From Octopus bimaculoides (taxonomy: Eukaryota): a stretch of 36,316 nucleotides of DNA. Made by a program: the position numbers and the translations under genes. The notes under the pieces were generated by a model, which was not told the origin of the DNA, ran no database searches, and saw only the letters and a list, made by a program, of their open reading frames with translations. Below, one piece after another: positions 1 to 11,750 of this stretch. Location: contig NC_068992.1 in NCBI RefSeq assembly GCF_001194135.2, forward strand, positions 32,059,238 through 32,095,553. Direction: 5' to 3'. How positions within the stretch are numbered: the first letter of the stretch is position 1; every line of letters starts with the position of its first letter.

Positions 1-98
1 TATATATATATATATATATATATATATGGTACATATATAGATACATATAAATCCCTATACATACATACATATATACATATACACACACATACACACAC
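1..98. repeat. (TA)n/(CATA)n/(CA)n compound microsatellite
   Basis: Directly visible tandem dinucleotide/tetranucleotide runs. Confidence 0.95.
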
Positions 99-559
99 CC
101 GAGTTTGTTTAATTATATATGTAACAATGCCTTAATCACTGAAATTGCAACTAATATATTGTCAATTGTGGAAAGCGATTGTCACTACAGAAATCTGATT
201 ATTGCGGCATGAATGTACTATTTATCTCAATATTTTTAAATTATAAAATTATAAACGTTGCAAATATTGAAATACGAAACTCCTAGTAAGTTGGAATTTC
301 ATTCATTAATATATATATTCTATTCTGCACATAAAATAACTGCCATACCAGCGATCCAACATACCTTAGATATCAGCACATTCATTCGATCTTAATTCTT
401 GGAAGGATTAACACTAACATTATTAATTAAACTACAACAAACACATTTACCCAATGTATAAAGACAATATCATTAGATAAATCCAAAAAGGAAACCTATA
501 ACTAACTCCTAAATTATCTAACAAAATAGCTACTAAGACTTTGGAGTCCATACAGATAA

Positions 560-900
560 CATTCTCACCAGCCTTCCATTCCTATTAATATAAAAGTGAA
601 AGCTTTTATATTCTATTCTCTCCAGACCAAACAAACTCGATTGAACTTCACTAACAATAAAACTACTTCTGAGTGAATTACACTATTCCGTAATCCAAAA
701 GTTAATAAACAAAAGATTACATAGTATTAAATAATTGTTATCCTTATATGCTTTAATGTTAAAGTTAAACCAGTAACTTAATAGATAATACTAAAATACC
801 TTTATATATAGGAACTGATTAAAGAATACCTGTAATGAGCAATTATTAAAAAAAAATCTTTTTACGATTAAAGCTAGATATAACACCGTTTACAAGATTA
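560..900 (+). pseudogene. Possible extremely decayed PLE linker/GIY-YIG remnant
   Basis: Scattered translated pieces FSPAF (cf. WFNPPF), TIKL (cf. NTVKLSYS) and LYIGT (~803-811, cf. YIG) occur in the expected order, but with many stops and frameshifts. Confidence 0.2.
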
Positions 901-1254
901 TATAAAATACAAAGTATTATCACTTACATGTTATTTGGACCACGAGGTTCAGTCAACTATATTCTAAAAAGACTGTATTAGTTGTTAACGACGTAGTGCG
1001 TAGCTCACTACATTTTCAATTGTCTTTGGTGACGTAGTATGAAATTAGAGTGGTTAGTAAACAGTCCAGACATTTACAAATGTTTACTAAGCTTAAGGCT
1101 AAATGTTACACCAAATTCATGTAAAATTTCCCATCTCCCACCTAAACAGCGATTAAAAGTTTTAATTAATTTACCATATTTATACCGTTGTTTTACTAAA
1201 TATCTTAACAGCTTATTTATTCCTTCCAGACGAAAGATATATATATATATAGTG

Positions 1255-4200
1255 AGACATACAACTGTTAGAAGGAAAAGTTAAATTAAAAAAAATACCA
1301 AGATAGTGTAAGATATAGTGATGTAAAGTGGATGTGATGATTAATCGTATTCCATAGGAAAAGATAATAAATAGAAATATTTTTAGAAAACGCCCAAAAT
1401 TAATCTAGGCATGGGAGAATGAAGAATTATTTAAGAATGATAGATAGGAATTTGGTCATGGGTTTAGATGAGACAACTTTTTCATTCCTAGTATTAACCA
1501 AATCTCAATTCATTCTCATTATGTTATAGCTTTCTTCCAAACACAATTTTATTATTATTTCTGTAAGATGGGGCTGAAGATAGGATTTTCTATGCGACTG
1601 AAAAATCAATATTGTTTCTTTTGAGGTGTCAAATTGGTTTTAGATAGACATGTGCTATTCTATTTTCTAGGGTCCCTAAAAGAAGATCTGTGATTATATA
1701 TTTTCGATTTGAATAAATTTTTAGTACAACCCAAGAGTATGTATCTAGAGGAATTCTGAGTAATAATATTTGCTTGCTATACAACTTCTTTCATTTTGAA
1801 ATTTCTATCTACTTCACAGGCATTTTGGTCTCTACATTTACAATTTAAATTAGTGAGTGGTACTTTGGTATTATGTCTATTTTTATGAGGAATATTGGAG
1901 TTTGGTTATTATCATTATAGTAGTTGTTAATTATAGGATTATTGGAGGTACTAGGTACATTTGTCGTAGTTTTTCATTATAAGTATAGAATAGATCCAGT
2001 TTCTTATTGTTAAAAGAAGAGATTATCCTAAAGGAATTTAGTGAGTCTGAAAATCCAAATCAAATTTATTTTTAATCAAATATTTTAGCATATTTAGAGT
2101 TTTTGAAGTGTTTATTAATTATCATTCTAATGTATCTAATAAAGTGATATTTTAGATGTTTGGCAAAAGGGATTATGATCCAAGTAGTGTTACTTCAGTT
2201 TTCTTTATTGGAATGATGGGTTTTATTTGGTGGAGGTCAGCTATTCTCACACAAGGTTTTGATTTCTTTTTTTGCTATTCTATTTCCATCTATATTAGTT
2301 TGAATTCTATGGTTATATATATTATCGAAGGAATTAGGTGAGTTTACATTATTTTCATTTTTTTCAGTTTATTGGTTTAATATTCCTCCTTTTATCTATA
2401 ATCATACAATTTTGGTGTTTGTTGTCAGTATTCTTGAATATATTGATATTAATGCTAGTCTGTTTGGTAAGGTGGGAACTGCTAAAATTCATATTATTCT
2501 TTCCTTTTGTAAAGTTATAGTTATGGTGCTCGTATTGATTATGTTTATTAGAATGTACATTGTAGTTGTAATGTTCGTGTCTTTTTACTAAAGTTATGTT
2601 GATGATTGTTATTGAGAGTTTTTCTTTTTTACGTTTATTGGAGTGTACTAATTCATCAGGTGACTTAGGTTCACAAATATTATCTACCTTATTCATTTCT
2701 TAGTATTGATGCTGTCGTATTTATTATACTTAATTTCATATTTATATCTTGCCTTCTTAAGTGCTAGCCTATAGTTGTCTTTATGTTTGTTAAATATTTT
2801 TTCATTAGATGATAATAGATTAATTCTTCTCTCTATGTTAGAGATCAGGTTTTCTATAATGTTATATGGATGGTTAATTTGTGCGAGTATGCATGTGATA
2901 TTGTTGTTAGCTTTATGGTAAGGCTGATGGGTGGAAGTATTCAGAATGAAGTTAACGTCTAAGAAGGTTACAGAGTTGCTATCTTTCTCAATGGTAATAT
3001 ATAGTCCTTGGTTTTAAAAAAAAATCATGCAATCTTCTTTTGTAGAGTTCAAGTTTTCTGTCGGAGGTAATTCTAACTAAGAATTGAGCGTCGTCTCGGT
3101 AAAGTCCACCTTTTAATTCAGGGAATTCTTCCTTAAGTTGGTGTGGTACTTAAATCCCCAAACTATGGAGTATTGCGCCCTCATGGGTAACTCTGAGGAG
3201 TCTTGCGCGTCCATGGGTACATGGAAACAGTCTGGTGTAACTTTCTTGGTCCAATATTTACTTTCATGAAATATTATAATCTTTCTGGCTTCAAGTATAA
3301 TTTTTATTTCTTTCGTTGATTATTTAGTCTTATTCTTGGCGCAGATAAGTGTCTTATTTAGGAAGATGGGGCTGATGGAATGTTCATATTTGGCTATGTC
3401 CAGTTGAATAGATTTAAGTTTTATCATATCTTGTAGATTAATGAACCTGTTAATTGCATTTAGTGCTTTCGACCACAAGTGGAGTTTTAGTTTTAATTTC
3501 AATAATTTTAGGTATTTGTCTATGATAATTTTGCTAAGTTTTCCGATGTCAAATTTGCAAGGGTAGATGAGCCTTACTTTTGGAGTAGTGTGAAAGTTAG
3601 GTTTGTAGTCTTTTAGGCTAATTCTAGGCCTGGATGGTTCATAAACTTCAGTTACGTCGTCAATTCGGTATTCACTCATGATTTCTTTGGTTTTGATATT
3701 AATGGATTTTAGAACATCTTTGTTTATAATCTTATATTTCTTTGTAATTTTCTTTGTAGGGGATTGTTATATAGATCTACATCTATGTTGTATAGATGTA
3801 CGGGTGTTATAGGACTGTACGATTATACCTATTAATTTTCGAATAACTTTATGCTTCAAATAGCGTAGGTGATTATTCTTGAGAATGTTTTTCTTAAACT
3901 TAATATTTCTAAGTAGATTCCGTCGATCTTCTTCAACATTTTCTAATACCGGTTTGCTGGTGGGACTTTCTGGGATTTAAAATGGCTTCTAACTTTTATG
4001 AATTCTTCATTTGTTTTATCGTCAAATGTTCATTCTGCACTATTTTTGTTGCCAGAAAATAGAACTTTTCATTTCATTCTTCCGGTGAAATAATGGAGAG
4101 CTAATAGTTACTTAAGGTAAACAAGTGTTAGAGAGGTAAAAAGGGTTAAAAACGAATAAGATGTGTAAGGTGAACTTATATTTACATAGCTAATATTCGT

Positions 4201-4400
4201 TAGTATGTATTAAATGTAAGGTCGAATATATAAATATAAGGTAGTAAAAAACAGACAAAATAGTTTTTATCATGTTTTTAGCTATGTTTTAGTATATATA
4301 AATAAGAATTATGAGGTAAGAAACTAGATTGGCATAATGTGGGAAGGATATTCAATGGTATTGGATATTTAATGGTATTAGGGTAGTATTAATAGTCAGG
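1255..4400 (-). mobile_element. Penelope-like retroelement, near full-length decayed copy (PLE-A)
   Basis: The minus strand carries the N-terminus, RT, thumb, GIY-YIG and 3' UTR in order. The 3' end stops at (TA)n 1237-1251, and 4190-4400 is pseudo-LTR-type upstream sequence. Confidence 0.85.
1440..4187 (-). pseudogene. PLE RT + C-terminal GIY-YIG endonuclease polyprotein, disrupted by stops/frameshifts
   Basis: Manual translation gives VYLK*LL..GRMK*KVLF (N-term RMRWK motif), FKSQKVPP, and LKDYKPNF..VRLIYPCKFDIGKLSKIII..QLDIA (ORF 3320-3679). Next come PMDAQDSSE, GGLYRDD (YRDD 3090-3101), TFLDVN (~2955) and NHPYNII..IERRINLLSSNEKIF..Y..AL (thumb). The C-terminal part reads INKHFKNSKYAKIF, NCKCRDQNAC..KEVV (~1790-1845) and CLEE..LVNTRNE. 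Confidence 0.9.
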
Positions 4401-6390
4401 TAATAGATGGGAATAAAATAGCAAAAAAGAAATCAAAACCTTGTGTGAGAATAGCTGACCACACCCAATAACAACCCATCATTCAAATAAAGAAAACATT
4501 ACTTGTAATAACACTACTTGGATCAGAGTCTCTTTTGCCAATCATCTAAAATCTAACTTTATTAAATTCATTAGAATGATAATTAATAAAAATCTCAAAA
4601 ACTCTAAATATGCTAAAATATTTCATATTAAAAAATAAAATTGATTTGGATTTTCAGTCTCTCCAAATCGCTTTAGAATAATCTCTTCTTTTAACAATAA
4701 GAAACTGGATCTATTCTATAATAATAATACAAAACTACGATAAATATACCTAGTACTTCCAATAATCCTATAATTATCAAGTACTATAATGATGATAACC
4801 AAACTCCATTACCCCTAATGAATATAGTCATACTACTATAGTACCACCCACTAATTTAAATTGTGTATTGTAGAGACCCAAACGCCTCTGAAATAGATAG
4901 AAATTGCAAAATGAAAGAAGTTGTATACCAAGCAACTATTATTACTCAGGATTCCTCTAGATACATACACCTGTGTTGTACGAAAAATTCCCTTAAATCG
5001 AGACGTTATAATCATAGATCTTCTTTTGCGGACCATAGAAAATAGAATAGCACAGGTCTATCTAAAGCCAATTTGGCACCTCAAAAGAAACAATATTGAT
5101 TTTTCTCGCCCCCTCTTACACAAATAATAAGATCTGTAGGTTGTGTTTGGAAGAAGCTATAGCATAATGAGAATGAATGGAAATTTGGTTAATACTAGGG
5201 ATGAAAAAGTTGTCACATAACCGAACTCCTATTTATCACTCTTAAATAATTCTTCACTACCCCTTGCTTAGATTAGTTTTAGTGCTTTTTAAAAATATTT
5301 CTATATATCATCTTTTCCTATGGAATAAGATTGCTGATCACATTCACTTTACATCACTATATCTTACACTATCTTGGCATTTTTTTTAACATTTCCTTCT
5401 AACGGTTCTATGACCCACCATATATAGGGCTAAGACTTTATCTGTTTCTTCCTACACCTCCTTTTCTCTCAATATGTCTGTTCCGTTTGAATCATATTTT
5501 TCCTTTGTATATAATATACCTGTATTATTTCGTGTCTATTTCACATATGTTGCCACTAAAATGCATTCTTCCTTTTGAATGTGTGTATCTGCGTATATGC
5601 ATATGTTTCGTATACACACACATATATACTATTTTTTTATATGTGTGTGTTTATATCTACGTGTGTAAGCCTCTTCTGTTCTTGCACTGGCATGAATACA
5701 TATTTTTTCTACGTTGCTTCTTCTTTTATGTATACCCTAATCAAAAATAACTAGACTTCCTATATCTATGTATACTAATGTGCAAATATGCCTCTACTCT
5801 CGCATGAGCAAATATACTAACACTTTTTTCCTTAAAAGATTATTTTTCTACATTACTTATAAAGTTTGTGCATACTTATGTGCACCCCTATATTCGTACT
5901 TTTTCTTATAATCATAATACACAATGTACTTCTATTATTTGAATATTAATACTACCCGAATACCACTAAATATCCCTTCCTCATTCTGCCTAGCTAGTTT
6001 CTTACCTAAAAGTTTTTATTTATTTATATTAGAACATTGTTACTGTATATCCTTACATATCAATACATATAAAATAAACCACTTATCTACTATTTTCCTT
6101 CCCAGCTCATTTATCTCCTCTACATTGGTTTATTTTTCCGTATTCTAACGTCTGTTATCTTTTCAACTACACTTTTTCATCTTTATAACCCCAGCAAGTA
6201 TTTAGTATCTAAATTGTAATATTAACAACTATTTTTCTGTTGTTACTTATGTTCTACCTTATATTTAATACATGCTACGGAATATTAGTTCCTATGGAAA
6301 CATAAGTCAATCTTACACAACTTAATCGGTCTTTAACCGATTTTACCTCTCTACCACTTGTTTACGTTAACTATCAAGTAGCTCTTTATA
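4400..6390 (+). mobile_element. Inverted 5'-truncated copy of PLE-A (PLE-B): GIY-YIG + 3' UTR + start of the next ORF
   Basis: 4400-5430 is the reverse complement of ~1255-2292 (roughly 80-90% identity by eye). It translates to CRDPNA..NCKMKEVVYQATI..YNHRSSF..NSTGLSK..IWHLK..CRLCLEE. 5940-6390 matches 4100-4400 reversed and includes an ATG at 6294 (MET...). Confidence 0.85.
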
Positions 6391-6936
6391 CACTATCTCC
6401 TCTATATTAAATGCATTCTCATCTATAAGCATATTTTTTTTTAATATACACCACATTAAATAATGTCTTTAACTGTCAAGTCATATTTCAATTCAAATAT
6501 AGCCATGCCTTTCGATTGGATATCTGTATACAATTTTTTGCCTTATGTGACCTACGTGGAGTTAACATTTCTAATCTCCTTTCACATTTATAGAAGGGGC
6601 GTCTCTGAAACCACTTCTATTTATATTTTCAAATAACAGTTATGATCTTTAGTTATAGCTAACACCTAACTGGACACACGTCTCTTTTTGTCATAAGGAT
6701 AAATATGAAACTCCTAGATTCTATTCTGCTATTTCCTTTCTCAAGTTCATTGTAAACATTTTGTTTCGAATTCTTGCACTAAAGAGTACATCGATGTATA
6801 ATTAATTAATTTAATTAATGAGATTTCAACCAATTCAATGAAGAATTTGCATTATTTTTATATCAATGTACGAAACGATCGTCTGCATGAATTAAAATTA
6901 TCTTATATGCATGTGTATATACATACATACATGCAT

Positions 6937-7678
6937 NNNNNNNNNNNNNNNNNNNNNNNNNNNNNNNNNNNNNNNNNNNNNNNNNNNNNNNNNNNNNNNN
7001 NNNNNNNNNNNNNNNNNNNNNNNNNNNNNNNNNNNNNNNNNNNNNNNNNNNNNNNNNNNNNNNNNNNNNNNNNNNNNNNNNNNNNNNNNNNNNNNNNNNN
7101 NNNNNNNNNNNNNNNNNNNNNNNNNNNNNNNNNNNNNNNNNNNNNNNNNNNNNNNNNNNNNNNNNNNNNNNNNNNNNNNNNNNNNNNNNNNNNNNNNNNN
7201 NNNNNNNNNNNNNNNNNNNNNNNNNNNNNNNNNNNNNNNNNNNNNNNNNNNNNNNNNNNNNNNNNNNNNNNNNNNNNNNNNNNNNNNNNNNNNNNNNNNN
7301 NNNNNNNNNNNNNNNNNNNNNNNNNNNNNNNNNNNNNNNNNNNNNNNNNNNNNNNNNNNNNNNNNNNNNNNNNNNNNNNNNNNNNNNNNNNNNNNNNNNN
7401 NNNNNNNNNNNNNNNNNNNNNNNNNNNNNNNNNNNNNNNNNNNNNNNNNNNNNNNNNNNNNNNNNNNNNNNNNNNNNNNNNNNNNNNNNNNNNNNNNNNN
7501 NNNNNNNNNNNNNNNNNNNNNNNNNNNNNNNNNNNNNNNNNNNNNNNNNNNNNNNNNNNNNNNNNNNNNNNNNNNNNNNNNNNNNNNNNNNNNNNNNNNN
7601 NNNNNNNNNNNNNNNNNNNNNNNNNNNNNNNNNNNNNNNNNNNNNNNNNNNNNNNNNNNNNNNNNNNNNNNNNNNNNN
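6937..7678. other. Assembly gap (N-run)
   Basis: Run of N. Confidence 1.
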
Positions 7679-7999
7679 TATATGTATAACTTACAACGCC
7701 AATCATTGTCACTTTATAGTAACACATAGACGTAGCGGGAAACCTATAAAAATTTCTACGACCAGATATGCGACTGTAATCTACTAATCGAATCCTATTC
7801 ATAATCATATGCTTATTTGAGCCATGAACTCCCTATAAAAATAGGGCAGTCTTCAAACACTACCCAGAAGCAACATATCTGCGACATAAGCCAAGTCTTT
7901 ACATTTGAAAGTCAGTGTAAACTGTGAAACCGGTTACAGATGTAAATATATTAATGACAAATACTTGACTATTTTGTGTGCATTTTGAACTTCTATACC

Positions 8000-8110
8000 C
8001 CCAACACACACTCACATATACACTTACACACGCGCACACGCACACACACACACACACACAGACACGCGCGCGCGCACAGATGCATATGTATACAAACATA
8101 TATATGGGTA
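8000..8110. repeat. (CA)n/(CG)n/(TA)n compound microsatellite
   Basis: Directly visible. Confidence 0.9.
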
Positions 8111-8519
8111 GGATGTATAATAAAGTTACAGATTTAAAAAATTCATTTATATATATTTCTAAATTGTTAGGATCAAACGTATATGACCTTGAAAATTAAA
8201 AAAAATATATATACTTCCTTTTTCAACATTTAGATTGATGTTATTTCTAAAAATCATTAAAACCTCGAGCCTCTACAATGCAATTCAATCAAAAACATTC
8301 AATTGCTAAAATCCATCTATTGCACTGATTCAGATGTGTTGTTTTGTTCCGTTTTCTCTATGATATAGCTTCATATATTCAAACATATTAAACACGATTT
8401 CGTTTCACTTTCAATACGTCTACTAGGAATTCGATTTCCCCAATGAAATTATCATTGATCAAAATTTTATTTTGATAATCAGTGATTGCACTTCACGTTT
8501 TTTTTTATTACTGTAGAAG

Positions 8520-8523
8520 CTAT

Positions 8524-8601
<78 letters not shown>

Positions 8602-9190
8602 NNNNNNNNNNNNNNNNNNNNNNNNNNNNNNNNNNNNNNNNNNNNNNNNNNNNNNNNNNNNNNNNNNNNNNNNNNNNNNNNNNNNNNNNNNNNNNNNNNN
8701 NNNNNNNNNNNNNNNNNNNNNNNNNNNNNNNNNNNNNNNNNNNNNNNNNNNNNNNNNNNNNNNNNNNNNNNNNNNNNNNNNNNNNNNNNNNNNNNNNNNN
8801 NNNNNNNNNNNNNNNNNNNNNNNNNNNNNNNNNNNNNNNNNNNNNNNNNNNNNNNNNNNNNNNNNNNNNNNNNNNNNNNNNNNNNNNNNNNNNNNNNNNN
8901 NNNNNNNNNNNNNNNNNNNNNNNNNNNNNNNNNNNNNNNNNNNNNNNNNNNNNNNNNNNNNNNNNNNNNNNNNNNNNNNNNNNNNNNNNNNNNNNNNNNN
9001 NNNNNNNNNNNNNNNNNNNNNNNNNNNNNNNNNNNNNNNNNNNNNNNNNNNNNNNNNNNNNNNNNNNNNNNNNNNNNNNNNNNNNNNNNNNNNNNNNNNN
9101 NNNNNNNNNNNNNNNATATATATATATATATATATATATACGCACACACATGCGCACGCGTACACACACACATACACACACACACACGCA
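8520..9190. repeat. (CATA)/(CA)/(TA) microsatellites flanking assembly gap 8602-9115
   Basis: Directly visible repeats on both sides of the N-run. Confidence 0.95.
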
Positions 9191-9679
9191 CAAATAAAAG
9201 ATCAGGATTCCAGATAACCAGGCACGTAAATTGTAAAGCAGGCACTGGGTTTGGTCAAAATTTAAATGCGTAAACAACAAAGGTAGACGAATAAATACGA
9301 ACTACAGGCAGAAAGATATTCAGGTTATATATATGATCAATTGCAGGGATGAACTACTTCGTCGTTTGGTCGCCCGCTACCTAGTCCTGTAACCTCTATC
9401 CATGCTTCAAATCTTAAGCCCCCACCTCGCTACATATGACATCACATTGTCTTCTATTATAATACTACCCATCTAAACTAATGAATTCATTCTACGACTG
9501 ACAAGGCTTGCAGAATAATTCAGGTGCATATGCCTTTGAATTTTCAATGTTTCTAAATGTTGTGGTTCATCCATTTACCTGATGGAAACGGTGTTTTCTA
9601 ATGATGTAATGCCTCCTTTAATCAATCAAAAATCGTGTGTAACAGCTGTAGTGAATTCACACATTATCCATGCGTTGTT

Positions 9680-9706
9680 ATACACACACACTCACTCACA
9701 CACACA

Positions 9707-9745
<39 letters not shown>

Positions 9746-9778
9746 ACACTCACACACACACACATATATACATATATA
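9680..9778. repeat. (CA)n/(CACT)n/(TA)n microsatellite
   Basis: Directly visible. Confidence 0.95.
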
Positions 9779-10360
9779 AAGGCTGTCCCGAAGTGAAGGC
9801 ATCCGATCTTTCGGCTTTAATATGTATGAATAAATATAAAAAATATGAACATTATGCATCATTATACAAACTTAGCGTGGCTTCTTTTTGTTTCGGACTA
9901 AATAGATTCAGATTTATAAATTAGATAATGGCTGTAGATAGAAATACAATCATAACTCTTGACAAAGGAGGCGAATCTAATACAGCTAGATCTAAAAATT
10001 AACTGAACAACAGTTTGGACAATTGAGAGTAAATTTCAAGAAACCTATTGCACCGCTGATCGACCTAGACTTGACCGAAAAGAAGTGTGCGGACTCTTCA
10101 GCTCAACAAAACTACATGAGAAAGGATTTGGCGAAATACCTGTCGTTCCGTAAGAAATCTGCTTGCCTCGGCAGAAATAAGCCGAACATGGATTTATCGA
10201 GCGCTGACAGAGGATCACAGGAACCACCCCTACAAGACGATCTGCCGTCATGAGCTCATGCAATTTTATAAGGCAATGAGACTGGATAAGAGTCATTTTA
10301 CTCTACACAGATTGCTGAAAGTACGCTGTCTCACCCTTTGTTCAGTGATAAAAATATGTT
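9779..10360 (+). mobile_element. Tc1/mariner DNA transposon, 5' fragment (maT/DD37D- or DD37E-like transposase N-terminus)
   Basis: TA followed by a CAGGxTGTCCC-like terminus (aaggctgtccc). ATG 9928 gives MAVDRNTIITL.KGGESNT; frameshifted pieces give DRPR..RSVRT.QL.KTT.ERI.RN..RSVRNL..SAEISRT..YR.LTED....PYK...RHEL and LFSDKN (~10340-10355, first catalytic D region, FSDEK). No 3' terminal repeat seen. Confidence 0.75.
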
Positions 10361-11589
10361 GAAATTCTATATTTTTCAATTTGATATTCTTCAGCCTTTA
10401 GAGAAACCGAAAGTCGGAAATTTTACGAAACAATTTTCATCAAGGTGTTTGGAAATGACCCTATTGTGTATATTGCTTGGGGTAATTTTCTGTTTTCCTA
10501 TTTTTTTCTGGCAAACTACCTAGCAGCCTTTTATCCACTTTTATATTCTTAGATCAAATTCTTTCACCTTTAGTTCCTCTTTCTTCCCTTTGGGTAAATA
10601 AATTACATAGCAGTGGAGTATTGGTGTCGTTGTGTCCGACTTACACCGTCCTTTAAATGTTTGCAACCGATATAGTATTAAAGGCATTAACTGAAAAGGA
10701 TTTCCCTTTATCTCTCTTTGAATTAGGGAAATATGGATTCAAAGGATACCCCNNNNNNNNNNCCCGTCATGGATAGATTTGTATTTTATCCTTTGAGGGT
10801 TCACAAAATAAATACCAGGTGAGCATTGGTCCAATGCCGAAATTTGAATTCATTATATGAACGTATTAACTTGTTTTGCATTGTGTTTTTAGTGCCAAAT
10901 ATATAAGCTACCAATCATTAAATGGTGCTGTTCTACTCTGCAATGGAGAATTTATACTTCAAATTAATTTTCCATTTAAACTAAATTTGGTTTCTGTAAT
11001 TTTTAAATAGACTTCGGGGTTTCAAAAACTAAGTACACAAAATTGAATAATGACGATGAGTTTGAAAGTGACAGGTAGGAGCATTTAGACATATGATACT
11101 CATTTGTCATTCGCGCTATAAAAGCGCATAGACACGCAGACAGATCTGGACGTATTCAAATAACTAATTACAACACCATATATGCACGCGGCCACTTATA
11201 GGCATATATACTTTTCTTAATTTACCCAAATGATTGAAACAGAGATAGGTTTAGCATACGTGTACATATCGTCAGCTGCAGTTTATAAATAAATACGAAG
11301 CTACATTAATTCCATTAAGAAATTATCTTGTTATCGCCACCTGGATACATAATTTGTTACGTCATGCAATATGTTTTCATACTGAACAAAAGATATTTTT
11401 AAAGTAAATATTCTATTTGTCTTTTAAATTTTACTCAAGTTTAACATTTCTCAAGTTAGCAGCTGCTAACGTTGTTTGTTACAACTAGCTGTGAGTGACA
11501 TAAACTTTATTTTACAGCTGCATTGAAAGATATGGGGACTTACATGTTATTCATACGCGGATCGATTTCATTGTTTTCTTAACAATAAT

Positions 11590-11604
11590 AATGATGATCA
11601 TCGT

Positions 11605-11645
<41 letters not shown>

Positions 11646-11750
11646 CCATCAACTTCATCATGATCATGATGATTATTATTATTACTATTATTATTATGAC
11701 GACGACGAGGAGGAGGAGGAAGAGGAGGGTGGAGGGTGGAGGGGGAGGAA
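11590..11750. repeat. (ATC)n/(ATT)n/(GAC)/(GAG)n trinucleotide repeat cluster
   Basis: Directly visible. Confidence 0.95.

Noticed and set aside
6590-6620. GAAGGGGCGTCTCTGAAAC as hammerhead remnant near the PLE-B tail
   Set aside because: No CUGA core, a weak G-U-rich stem II, and no cleavage triplet.
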